Assembly: GCA_965649265.1 (NCBI GenBank)
Contig: CBFGKC010000007.1
Span: forward strand, 32,001-96,000
Source: a candidate division WOR-3 bacterium
GTDB lineage: Bacteria > Hydrothermota > Tepidihabitantia > B3-TA06
Direction of reading: 5' to 3'
DNA length: 64,000 nucleotides
Under the pieces are notes generated by a model. That model made no database searches and was not told the origin of the DNA. It saw only the letters and a program-made list of their open reading frames with translations. A program made the position numbers and the translations under genes. Of this stretch, positions 9,407 to 18,577 are shown in pieces. Numbering within the stretch: position 1 is the first letter of the stretch; the number at the start of each line of letters is the position of its first letter.

Positions 9407-11095
9407 TCAGACGAAGGTTCCCAGAAATGGATCGTAATCCTTACGGTGCTTCTTTAAGAGTTCGGGGTTGCGGTACTCAGGGATTAGGATTGGAGCATGA
9501 GAAGTCTCAGGGATGCCTGCCTGCTCGAGTTCCTTGCGGAAAGCACGAACGTGATCAAGGTGAAGCTTGGCCGGAGGTCGAACAAGAAGCGCTTTGGCTC
9601 GCTCAACGGCTGCAATTCCGGAGCGGCGTCCAAAAACGTTATAGTCGAGTACCGAGTTACCCATGAGGCGGTTGCGTCCGTGGAGCCCGCCTGTAACTTC
9701 GCCCGCCGCATAAAGACCGGCGATGGTTGATTCGGTCTTTGCATTAATCTCAATACCGCCGTTCTGATAATGAAGGGTCGGATATACAAGCATGGGCTCG
9801 GAGTTGATGTCTATGCCGAAACGCTTGTACTGACGCATCATGGCTGGGAGCAAGGCTTCGATAGCTCCCGGACCATTCAGCAAGTTGACGATGGGAGAAT
9901 CGAGCCAGACACCGGCCTTGCCGGTGGGAGTTTCGACACCAAAGCAGCGCTCGGTGGCCTCTCGGATGAATGCGGATGCTTCCACGTCTCGGGGTTCGAG
10001 CGGGAAAACGAATAACTCACCCTCGCTGTTCACGGGTTGACCGCCCAGGCCGCGAACCTTCTCAGTAATAAGGAAACCAAGTATCTGCTCGGGGTATACC
10101 GCACCGGTGGGATGGTACTGGACCGAATCCATGTAAAGGAGCTTTGCACCGGCGTGATAGGCCATCACGAGTCCGTCGGCAGTCGCACCGTAGTGATTGG
10201 TAGTAGCGAATCCTTTAATGTGAAGTCGGCCGTAACCGCCGGTGGACATGATGACCGCTCGTGCACGCACGACCTGGTATTCCTCGGTCTCCATGTTGTA
10301 GAGAAGCGCTCCGGCGGCCTCGCCCTTCTCATCCAGAAGGAGTTCGACGGCAGGCGAGTATTCGACTATCGTGATTTTATCGGGATGGTTCTTGACCTCA
10401 TCACGAAGAACGCGCTGAATCTCTGCGCCTGTGTAGTCCCTGCATGAAAGCATCCGGCAGCGAGATGTTCCCCCGCCTGATTCGGATTTGAGTCTACCGT
10501 CATGTTCCTTGTCCCACATAACGCCGAGTTCTTCGAGATAAGAGGCGATCATTGGGCCATCCATGGTAAGAACTTCTGCCAGTTCCGGCTTATTGTCGAA
10601 ATGTCCGCCGCCAAGGACATCGAGATAGTGAATGGCAGGGTTGTCGTGTGGATTCACCGCGGCCTGCATACCGCCCTGCGACATCATGGAGTTGGAGTCG
10701 CCGACACGAAGCTTTGTAACGAGCACAGACCTCAGCCCTGCGTTTGCGACCTGTATGGCCGCCATGCACCCTCCCCCTCCTGCGCCGATGATTAAAACAT
10801 CGGTGTCGTAATCGGGGTTTGAAAGATCGAACGCGTCGGGATTGATACGCGGATAGGATTCGAGGAGATCTACTACCCTGGAGGTCATCTGCTCGCTTTT
10901 GTTTGGACCGATGCGTATGGGCTTGCGTGCATCTGTCGCGTAGTCGGGATGAAACTTTGAAAGAACTTCATCGCGCTCGGCAAGAGTCATTGCCTTGACT
11001 ACCTCGCGGCCAGCTTTGGCTTTTTCAAGCCTTGCCTGCCGTGTCGCCTTGACCTTTTCGAGCGAGGGACGCATGTACTCAGGATATCCGCTCAT
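9407..11095 (-). CDS. Fumarate reductase/succinate dehydrogenase-family flavoprotein (soluble)
   Basis: GAGGGG FAD motif, QYHPTG, ITEKVRG, EPRDV, HYQNGG, HGRNRLMGNS. Confidence 0.88.
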   Translation of the reverse strand: MSGYPEYMRPSLEKVKATRQARLEKAKAGREVVKAMTLAERDEVLSKFHPDYATDARKPIRIGPNKSEQMTSRVVDLLESYPRINPDAFDLSNPDYDTDVLIIGAGGGGCMAAIQVANAGLRSVLVTKLRVGDSNSMMSQGGMQAAVNPHDNPAIHYLDVLGGGHFDNKPELAEVLTMDGPMIASYLEELGVMWDKEHDGRLKSESGGGTSRCRMLSCRDYTGAEIQRVLRDEVKNHPDKITIVEYSPAVELLLDEKGEAAGALLYNMETEEYQVVRARAVIMSTGGYGRLHIKGFATTNHYGATADGLVMAYHAGAKLLYMDSVQYHPTGAVYPEQILGFLITEKVRGLGGQPVNSEGELFVFPLEPRDVEASAFIREATERCFGVETPTGKAGVWLDSPIVNLLNGPGAIEALLPAMMRQYKRFGIDINSEPMLVYPTLHYQNGGIEINAKTESTIAGLYAAGEVTGGLHGRNRLMGNSVLDYNVFGRRSGIAAVERAKALLVRPPAKLHLDHVRAFRKELEQAGIPETSHAPILIPEYRNPELLKKHRKDYDPFLGTFV

Positions 11096-11103
11096 CAGTC
11101 CTC

Positions 11104-11862
11104 CTAGAAAACCTTGAAGTCAAGGTCGCGCGCCGAGTAGCGCTTTTTTAGTTCTTCTCGTGACATATTCTTCATCTCATCAATCTCTTTCTGGAATTTC
11201 CCTTCCTTGAGTTCTGCGAGACGGTCCTCCAGATGCCGGGACCGTGGTAAAAGATAACGCCCCGTAAGCCTGCGCGCGAGAAGCGCGATGTTGTACTGAA
11301 CCATCTCGGCAGGGCAGCGCACGGCGCAGAGCCCGCACATGATGCAGTCGAAAGAAAGGTCTGCGGCCCGTGCAAGATCGCCGCGCTTGACGGCCTGGAT
11401 GTACTCCATGACCTCTATCTCCTGCGGACACGCCTTGGTACAGGTATTGCAGGCGACGCAGCGAAAGACCTCTGGGTAGTAGCGCTGGATGGACGTGATA
11501 TCGGGCTTAAGCTTCGCGATGTCGTAGACGGCCTTGACCGCAGGCGAGAAAGGTATCTGCACGAGATACATATTCGGCTGAACTACGGTCTGACACCCAA
11601 GACCTGTCTTGAGCTTGTAGTCACCCTCAAGGCGATAGATAGTGGCGCATGCGCCGCAAAAACCCTCGCGGCAGCCGATGGCCTTCTTGAACTGGAATCC
11701 AACATATTCCATCGCGGTGACGATGGTCATTGAAGAGGGCACAAAGAACCTCTTCCCGTAGATGTATACGGGGATTAAATCATCCTTTGGTTTATCGTCG
11801 GGACAGGATGGACCCTGTACCTGAACGTTCTCTTTCTTCACATCTTTTGCTTTCTTAGCCAT
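11104..11862 (-). CDS. Fe-S protein, SdhB/FrdB-like (2Fe-2S + 2x4Fe-4S)
   Basis: CREGFCGAC..C, CVACNTCTKACP, CIMCGLCAVRCP; start placed at the ATG after TTGACT-N16-TATCAT. Confidence 0.85.
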   Translation of the reverse strand: MAKKAKDVKKENVQVQGPSCPDDKPKDDLIPVYIYGKRFFVPSSMTIVTAMEYVGFQFKKAIGCREGFCGACATIYRLEGDYKLKTGLGCQTVVQPNMYLVQIPFSPAVKAVYDIAKLKPDITSIQRYYPEVFRCVACNTCTKACPQEIEVMEYIQAVKRGDLARAADLSFDCIMCGLCAVRCPAEMVQYNIALLARRLTGRYLLPRSRHLEDRLAELKEGKFQKEIDEMKNMSREELKKRYSARDLDFKVF

Positions 11863-12173
11863 AGCTGTAATGATAAGCTGCACCTAAGGAAAGTCAAGAT
11901 ATAGTGATATATGATGAAGAGAGCCCCTTCTCTTATATAATCAGGATGTTCAACAGAACAAAAGAAACTGTAAACGGATCTTATAATTCTAAACGCCAGA
12001 GAGTCGATCCCGGGATTTATCACCAAACACAAATGGTGACAAATAACAAATCAAAGATAGACAAACCTATAGTCCTTGCTGGGAAAGTGATTCGAAACTA
12101 GGTCCTGCTAAATTTAAATATTTATTAGCTCTTTAGTTATGGGATTTCCAAAAGGGAACAATGTATTATTAAT

Positions 12174-12551
12174 CTATCCTTCTTTCCCTTCCTTTAGCCA
12201 GGAAAGGGCTTCATCTTCGGTTTTGAAAAACCTTGAGATATCGCCCTTACCGGCAACCGATATTCCTATCTTCGCTATCATCCTTGTCATTGGTCTTACA
12301 CCAATAACCGCAATTTTTTCGTAACTTGCATCTGAGGCGAGATCTCTTAGCGCCTGTCTTGCGTCCTTATCGAGAATACCGTCCACGGTTTTTTGTTCGG
12401 AAAGATCACCTAGAAGGTAACGATGAGGTTTGCCCTCCAGATTGATTTTTATCTCAGGTATAATTGTTTCGATGTCATTCTTGGTCAGGGTTCGCAAGAC
12501 CTGTACATAGAGTACTCCGTGCTTCTCATTGAACCATAACTTGTAGTTCAT
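12174..12551 (-). CDS. STAS/SEC14 (SpoIIAA-like) domain protein
   Basis: LLGDLS, KIAVIG, RFFKTEDEALSWL pattern. Confidence 0.8.
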   Translation of the reverse strand: MNYKLWFNEKHGVLYVQVLRTLTKNDIETIIPEIKINLEGKPHRYLLGDLSEQKTVDGILDKDARQALRDLASDASYEKIAVIGVRPMTRMIAKIGISVAGKGDISRFFKTEDEALSWLKEGKEG

Positions 12552-12813
12552 TATCTCCAGCCTTTCAGCCCTCGAATGTTGTATTTACCTGCGCCTCCAC
12601 CCTTGTTTCTGAAAGGAGCTTCCATATCCTGTTCTAAAGCACGATATTTTACTTTGGTTTTTAGGGTTGTCAAGAATGGTTTTTATTGTTTTTTTCTGAA
12701 CTTGGATTTGACCGGCAATCCGAGAAAAGAAATGGGCATCTTTTGAGAGAAGCCTGGGAAATTCTGGTAAGAGCTGAAAAGTAGGAGAAAGAATCAGGAA
12801 TAAAAAGAGGACT

Positions 12814-12910
12814 AGCGCCGGAGGCGCATGAGCAGAATCTTAAGAGATTCTGCTATCTTATTATTTCTGATTCAGGACAGCGCCGGAGGCGCATGAGCAG
12901 AGCTCTCATG
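12814..12910. repeat. Two copies of the AGCGCCGGAGGCGCATGAGCAGA palindromic unit
   Basis: 23-nt direct repeat at about 12814 and 12879; GCGCC-GGA-GGCGC hairpin. Confidence 0.8.
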
Positions 12911-13010
12911 ACTTCTCCGACCTAATACATCAGATACACTGTTCTCAACTTAGTTTGGCTATTAAGTAGGATTAACTCGATAGAAGGTTTTTAGTAGAAC
13001 AGGGAAAAAC

Positions 13011-14210
13011 TCAAGGGGTTAGCCTGGCAAAGCGCAGTTTGCCGACCTTGAGCACGGATGGTTCTGACAGATTGAGGACGTGGTCGAGACTCGTGATTTT
13101 TGCACCGTCAAGGCTTACCGCGCCCTGTTCTACAAGGCGCCGCGCCTCGGACTTAGAAGAAGCCAGATTGTTCGCGACGATTATATCGATAAGTCTTGTG
13201 CCATGGGAGACTTTGATAGCGGGCATATCCTCGGGTATCCCCTTTTCGGAAAACACCTTGCGGAACGATTCATCGGCTTCTTGAGCAGCTTGCATTGAGT
13301 GGTATATGGCAACGACCGCGCGAGCCATCTCCGCTTTCACGTCACGAGGATTTTCGCCCGATGCAAGACGGCTGCGCACCTCGGTGAGTTTAGTCTCGTC
13401 TGTGAGCGCGGCAAGAAGGAAGTATTGCTCGATCAGATTATCGGGAATGGACATGAGCTTTCCGAACATGTCGGAGGGGGAATCCTCTATTCCGACGTAG
13501 TTGTTATAGGACTTTGACATTTTTGCCCCACCCGACAAACCTTCAAGCAAAGGCATCATCATAATTATTTGCGAAGGCATGCCGAATTCACGTTCGAGGT
13601 CACGCCCCACAAGGAGATTGAGCCGCTGATCATAGCCTCCGAGTTCGACGTCAGCCTTAACCGCAACAGAGTCGTAGCCCTGAAAGACGGGATAGAGAAG
13701 CTCGTGCATGAAAACAGGGTCCCCCGCTTCCAATCGTTTTTGGAAATCCTCACGCTGCATAATCTGTGCAACCGTGTACTTGCCGAGGAGCTTGATCACT
13801 CCGGACGCACCAAGCGGCTCACTCCATTCGGAGTTGTAGCGAATCTCGGTACGTGAAGGATCGAGTATACGGTAAAGCTGTTTCTCGAAGCGCTTGATGT
13901 TATTTTGGACCTCCTCATGCGTGAGTTGAGGTCTCGTCTTTGAACGACCTGACGGATCACCTATCATGGCGGTGAAATCTCCGACTATAAGAACTGCGGT
14001 GTGCCCCTCATCCTGGAAATCGCGAAGTTTGCGCAAAGGCACGGCGAATCCGAGGTGGATGTCAGGTCCGGTGGGATCAATACCAAGTTTGACTCGAAGA
14101 GGTCTCTTTTCCTTTTCTGCCAGAAGAAGACGCTCTTTTAACTCCTCCTCAGAAAGGCACTCCTGTACCCCGCGCATCAGTCTGGAGAGAATTTTCGACA
14201 AATCCGCCAT
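13011..14210 (-). CDS. tyrS: Tyrosine--tRNA ligase
   Basis: GIDPTGPDIHLG, KMSKS, C-terminal S4 domain. Confidence 0.97.
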   Translation of the reverse strand: MADLSKILSRLMRGVQECLSEEELKERLLLAEKEKRPLRVKLGIDPTGPDIHLGFAVPLRKLRDFQDEGHTAVLIVGDFTAMIGDPSGRSKTRPQLTHEEVQNNIKRFEKQLYRILDPSRTEIRYNSEWSEPLGASGVIKLLGKYTVAQIMQREDFQKRLEAGDPVFMHELLYPVFQGYDSVAVKADVELGGYDQRLNLLVGRDLEREFGMPSQIIMMMPLLEGLSGGAKMSKSYNNYVGIEDSPSDMFGKLMSIPDNLIEQYFLLAALTDETKLTEVRSRLASGENPRDVKAEMARAVVAIYHSMQAAQEADESFRKVFSEKGIPEDMPAIKVSHGTRLIDIIVANNLASSKSEARRLVEQGAVSLDGAKITSLDHVLNLSEPSVLKVGKLRFARLTP

Positions 14211-14211
14211 A

Positions 14212-14691
14212 TCAGAGTCTGAAATCCCCGAAATCCTCAGGGTCTGTACCGCGAAGTTGATCCTTCAAATCCTCAAGCTTTGAGTGATCGTCTTCGGATA
14301 TTTCCTTTCCCTGCGTATTCATCAGATCATCGTCGACAAAAATAGGTGCCCTCATGTGGACGGCTATTGCCACCGAGTCAGACGGTCGGGCGTCGACCGA
14401 GATCATTTCATCGTTGCGTGAGAGCAGGAGAGTCGCGTAGTACGTGTTATCCCTGAGTTTCGTAATAATCACGCGCTCTACCTTTGCTCCAAGGACTTCC
14501 ACAATGCGTTTTATCACGTCAAGCGTCAGAGGTCTTTCAAAAGGTTCCCTGCGAACCGCGTACGTTATCGCAGAAGCCTCTACCGGACCAACCCATATAG
14601 GCAGCACTCTCGAGCCGTCTCTCTCTTTGAGGAGCAGCACCGGCGTATTGTTGAGATCCAGAGATATCCCCTGCACCTCCACCTCTATCAC
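14212..14691 (-). CDS. Bifunctional nuclease family (DUF151)
   Basis: LPIWVG..EA, RPLT, DARPSDSVA motifs. Confidence 0.9.
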   Translation of the reverse strand: MIEVEVQGISLDLNNTPVLLLKERDGSRVLPIWVGPVEASAITYAVRREPFERPLTLDVIKRIVEVLGAKVERVIITKLRDNTYYATLLLSRNDEMISVDARPSDSVAIAVHMRAPIFVDDDLMNTQGKEISEDDHSKLEDLKDQLRGTDPEDFGDFRL

Positions 14692-15282
14692 TTATTCCCC
14701 CTCTGGCTTGGGCTCCGTAGATTCAGGATTATCCTCTGGAGTTCCGTCTACCTCAGTCGAATCTCCGCCATCTGTCGACGTTGAATCTGAGGAGGACTCG
14801 GAGGAAGGGGAGGAGGGTTCTGAGGAGGAGGGCTGCTCGCCTTCGGGTACAATCCAGACCTTGACTGTGGCAATAACGTCACCGAAGATACGTATCGCAA
14901 CGTCGTGAGCGCCAGCTTCCTTCAGAGGGTGATCCATCACCACCTGGTGGTGGTCAAAATAGAGTCCCTTCTCACGGAAAGCGACAGATATCTCCTTTGC
15001 CGTTATGGAACCGTAGGACTTTCCAGTTTCACCGAAAGCAAGGGTAAGCTTGATGTGCTCGCCATCCAGTTTGGCTCTAAGCTCTTCGGCCGAGGATCTC
15101 TGTTTCTCCATTCTTGCCCGGGTCTGACGCATAACTTCAGTAAAGTGTCGTTTGTTGGATTCGGAAGCAAGAAGTGCAAGATTTCTCGGAAAAAGAAAAT
15201 TGCGGGCATACCCGTCTTTGACCTTTACTACGTCACCGCGCTTGCCCAGTTTAATTACGTCCTGAGTCAAAATAACTTCCAT
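14692..15282 (-). CDS. rplI: 50S ribosomal protein L9 with Ser/Pro/acidic C-terminal tail
   Basis: MEVILTQDV..LGKRGDVVKVKDGYARNFL. Confidence 0.96.
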   Translation of the reverse strand: MEVILTQDVIKLGKRGDVVKVKDGYARNFLFPRNLALLASESNKRHFTEVMRQTRARMEKQRSSAEELRAKLDGEHIKLTLAFGETGKSYGSITAKEISVAFREKGLYFDHHQVVMDHPLKEAGAHDVAIRIFGDVIATVKVWIVPEGEQPSSSEPSSPSSESSSDSTSTDGGDSTEVDGTPEDNPESTEPKPEGE

Positions 15283-15291
15283 AAGTACTCC

Positions 15292-15501
15292 CTAGCGCTC
15301 GACGTACGGCAGGATTCCAAGATTGCGCGCCTGCTTGATTGCGTTGGTCAGCTTTCGCTGATGCCGGGCGCATAAACCGGTCGTGCGGCGGCTTACTATC
15401 TTACCTTTTTCGGTAAGAAAGCCCATAAGGAAATTCGCGAATGGCGAAATACTTTCGTCATGTTCCGCACAGAAACGGCATTCCTTACGTCTTCTCATCA
15501 T
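15292..15501 (-). CDS. rpsR: 30S ribosomal protein S18
   Basis: CRFC, GKIVSRRTTG, HQR..AIKQAR..LPY. Confidence 0.95.
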   Translation of the reverse strand: MMRRRKECRFCAEHDESISPFANFLMGFLTEKGKIVSRRTTGLCARHQRKLTNAIKQARNLGILPYVER

Positions 15502-15557
15502 ACTATTTTAGCTCCTTTTTCGCGTAAACTATTAGTTTACGTTTATTTGCTTTAATG

Positions 15558-15983
15558 TCAACTCTCGAAGGGATCTTCATAATCGCCGGCCATACCCGGG
15601 CCCTCTTCTGGAGCTTGGCCCTGGCCTGCTCCAGGCATGCTTTCAAGGAACTGCAGTCTCTTTGAGAGTATCTCTACAACATAGCGCCGTCCCCCATCCT
15701 GGGCTTCGTACGATCGCGACCGGAGCGAGCCTTCAAGAAGAACCGCGGAACCCTTGCGGAGTCTTTCTCCGGCCAGCTCGGCCATACGGTCCCAGACGAC
15801 AACGTTGAAGAAGTCCGATTCTTTCTTGAACTCGCCAGAATCACGATCTCTGTAAAAGCGTGAACAGGCTATGCGAAACGAACAGACGGCGGTACCTTTG
15901 GGTGTATAGCGCAGCTCAGGATCAGCCACAAGCCGGCCCGAGATAAGCACCATGTTTAAATTCGGCAACCGCAAGTCTGACAT
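15558..15983 (-). CDS. ssb: Single-stranded DNA-binding protein
   Basis: LN.V..GRLVADPELRYT, acidic DPF tail. Confidence 0.95.
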   Translation of the reverse strand: MSDLRLPNLNMVLISGRLVADPELRYTPKGTAVCSFRIACSRFYRDRDSGEFKKESDFFNVVVWDRMAELAGERLRKGSAVLLEGSLRSRSYEAQDGGRRYVVEILSKRLQFLESMPGAGQGQAPEEGPGMAGDYEDPFES

Positions 15984-15985
15984 GA

Positions 15986-16297
15986 TTAACCTTCTTGCGG
16001 TATCTCTTTGCCCGTTTCCGCCGAAAGATACATCTGCCTCAGCATTCTTTCATCGTGACGTATCTCACTGCGAAGCATCGCCACAGCTTTTGAATCGGCT
16101 TCGAAAGCCACTCTCCAAAAGCGGGCCCTGGGGCGTTTCTTGATGGAATGTGCTAAATCGCGCACATCGTTTTCGACTTCCTGGATATTTTCAGCCTTGG
16201 CTTCCTTAAGGAGTTTGCGGAATGTCTCGCGAAAATCCTCAGTCGCCTTCTCTTCAATATCCGGGTCAAGTATCAATACTGCCTGGTAACGTTTCAA
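15986..16297 (-). CDS. rpsF: 30S ribosomal protein S6
   Basis: TTG start after GGAGG; KRYQAVLILDP..LAHSIKK..LRQM; rpsF-ssb-rpsR synteny. Confidence 0.88.
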   Translation of the reverse strand: MKRYQAVLILDPDIEEKATEDFRETFRKLLKEAKAENIQEVENDVRDLAHSIKKRPRARFWRVAFEADSKAVAMLRSEIRHDERMLRQMYLSAETGKEIPQEG

Positions 16298-16305
16298 CGT
16301 TCCTC

Positions 16306-17337
16306 CTATCTGAATTTGATTAACAGAACGTCTCCGTTCTGAACTGTATAATCTTTTCCTTTTATTTTGAGCCTGCCTGATGCGGACGCATCGTGCCACG
16401 AGCCGATCTCCAAAAGCTCTTCGGCAGACATAACCTCCGCCTTGACAAAACCACTTGCAATATCAGAGTGAATCTTTTCCGCCGCCTCGATTGCCTTTGA
16501 ACCACTGGTAAGGGTCCAGGCCCTGACCTCCGTACCCTTTATTGTGTAAAACCGGATGAGCCCAAGTTTATTGAGGGCCTCATCCAGTAAACCCTCAGGA
16601 CCGGCTTGGGCAAGACCTGCTTGCCTACGAAGCTCCTCTCTTTCTCTTGAAGAAAATTCCGAAAGCCCTTCCTCCAGTTTGACGGAAAGCCTGTAGGCGT
16701 CCTCCAACGAAACGGGAGCATTCTCTTCGGGAAGATTGAGCACATCCATTCTGGGTCTTGGGATAAGAAGACCCATGGATTTGAGAATGTCGTGTTCATC
16801 CGGTTTGTATGAGCCGTTAAGGCTGTAAGCTCCCTTCGAGATTCTATCCCGGTAGCGTTCAAGAAGTTCCATTTCGTTACGCGCTTCAACTCGTTTGCTG
16901 TCGTAATGAAGCCTTCGTTCCACTATCTCGAGATCGGCAAGGGCGAGTTCTGCAAGTACCACTTCCCTGTCACGCAAGGGGTCTATCGTTTCGAATACAT
17001 GCGGAGCATCGTCATCCTTGAACCCTCTGATAACGTGAAAGATGAGATCCACGTCGCGGATATGACCGAGAAATTTGTTTCCGAGCCCCTCCCCCTTGTG
17101 AGCATCCTTAATGAGCCCGGCAATGTCTATGATCTCTATGAGGGCATGAGTAAGCTTTTCTGGCTTGAGGAGTGCACCAAGCCGTTCAAGCGTCGGGTCA
17201 GGCAAAACTGCCATTCCATGGTTGGCATCTATCGTCGTAAATGGGTATGATTCAACAACAGCTGTCGACGACGTCGTAAGGTAATTGAACAGTGACGACT
17301 TACCTACGTTAGGAAGTCCAACAATGCCTATTCTCAT
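16306..17337 (-). CDS. ychF: Ribosome-binding ATPase YchF
   Basis: GIVGLPNVGKS, YPFTTI, DIAGL..GEGLGNKFL, TGS-like C-terminus. Confidence 0.95.
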   Translation of the reverse strand: MRIGIVGLPNVGKSSLFNYLTTSSTAVVESYPFTTIDANHGMAVLPDPTLERLGALLKPEKLTHALIEIIDIAGLIKDAHKGEGLGNKFLGHIRDVDLIFHVIRGFKDDDAPHVFETIDPLRDREVVLAELALADLEIVERRLHYDSKRVEARNEMELLERYRDRISKGAYSLNGSYKPDEHDILKSMGLLIPRPRMDVLNLPEENAPVSLEDAYRLSVKLEEGLSEFSSREREELRRQAGLAQAGPEGLLDEALNKLGLIRFYTIKGTEVRAWTLTSGSKAIEAAEKIHSDIASGFVKAEVMSAEELLEIGSWHDASASGRLKIKGKDYTVQNGDVLLIKFR

Positions 17338-17339
17338 CT

Positions 17340-17906
17340 TTAGTCGAGTCCCGTGTCTCTTGAGGCGTTTATCTCGTTCATAGCCATTTGGACCCCTTCG
17401 TTGATTGTAAGGAGAACCGCGTCACCGGAACGTTCGACGAGAAACGGAAGATTCTTCATCTCGTCCCTGGAAAAAGGTGCCAGGACGTAATCGGAAAGAT
17501 CTGTACCGGCCGGTCTTGGACCGATTCCTATGCGCAGACGAGCAAACTCCTCGGTGTCGAGATAGTCTATGATGGAGGCAAGCCCGTTGTGCCCGCCGTC
17601 GCCACCCTTGGTCCTCAATCGAAGCGTACCGAAAGGCAAGTCCACATCGTCGACCACGACAAAGAAATCGTCCCTGTGCCTTTTCAAGTAATCTCTTACT
17701 ACGACGCCTGAAAGATTCATGTACGAGAGCGGCTTGACCAGAACGAAATCGTGCCCCTTGCTCGAACCCTTCGCCGCCAGGGCCTGCCCTGAGGCGCGGA
17801 ATTTCAACTTGAGCTTAAGGGCTACCGAATCGAGCACCATAAATCCCATGTTGTGCCTCGAGAAGAGATACTGGGAACCAGGGTTTCCAAGACCAAAAAC
17901 TATCAC
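17340..17906 (-). CDS. pth: Peptidyl-tRNA hydrolase
   Basis: GLGNPG, RHNMGF, YMNLSG, GGHNGL. Confidence 0.96.
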   Translation of the reverse strand: MIVFGLGNPGSQYLFSRHNMGFMVLDSVALKLKLKFRASGQALAAKGSSKGHDFVLVKPLSYMNLSGVVVRDYLKRHRDDFFVVVDDVDLPFGTLRLRTKGGDGGHNGLASIIDYLDTEEFARLRIGIGPRPAGTDLSDYVLAPFSRDEMKNLPFLVERSGDAVLLTINEGVQMAMNEINASRDTGLD

Positions 17907-18550
17907 TCCTCCTTTTTTTCCTCCGCTGCTTCGGCCTCGGCACCTTCGCCGGCTTCACCCTCAACTGGAGCTGCGGTCTCAATGACCTTCTCCTTACGCG
18001 GTGTGACAACGGCTACAATGATGCTTTCCGGAGAACTCTGAACTTCAACCCCCTCCTGGAAGGTAAGATCACGCACCCTGATTGCGTCGCCGACGTTCAT
18101 ATTAGTGATATCGAGTTCCATGTGAAGGGGAAGCTTATTGAGTGGACCTTTGACGTCAACTTCGTAGCGCACGTGTTCAAGGATACCGCCCATTTTAAGA
18201 CCCGCTGGCGTGCCGTGAATAAGGATAGGCACGCTTACGTGCAATATCTCGCCGGGGTGTATCTTCTGGAAATCAACGTTGAGAAACTTTTCAGTCAACG
18301 GATGACGCTGTATTTCCTTTATGGCTGCGTTGAATTTGGTTCCATCCTTGGATTCGAGTTCGGTAATCAGGAGTTTGCCGCGCAGTTTAGCTATGACGTT
18401 GCGAAACTCCTCTTCCTCTATCGTTATCGAAAAGGATTCCTCTCCATGTCCGTAGACGACTGCGGGAATCTTCCCAGATGCGCGTAATTTACGGGTTACC
18501 GACTTTCCCGTACCTTCACGCAGAGCATAGGTAATTAAGTTCTTTGACAT
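17903..18550 (-). CDS. rplY: 50S ribosomal protein L25/CTC
   Basis: GK...KLR..GKIPAVVYG, QRHP, VDF. Confidence 0.95.
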   Translation of the reverse strand: MSKNLITYALREGTGKSVTRKLRASGKIPAVVYGHGEESFSITIEEEEFRNVIAKLRGKLLITELESKDGTKFNAAIKEIQRHPLTEKFLNVDFQKIHPGEILHVSVPILIHGTPAGLKMGGILEHVRYEVDVKGPLNKLPLHMELDITNMNVGDAIRVRDLTFQEGVEVQSSPESIIVAVVTPRKEKVIETAAPVEGEAGEGAEAEAAEEKKEE

Positions 18551-18577
18551 TTTTCTCCTTCGATTTCTCTAAAAGAC

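Noticed and set aside
12551-12625. 24-codon upstream ORF coupled (TAATG) to the STAS/SEC14 gene
   Set aside because: Weak SD, no telling composition, and the downstream gene has its own GGAGA SD; could be chance.
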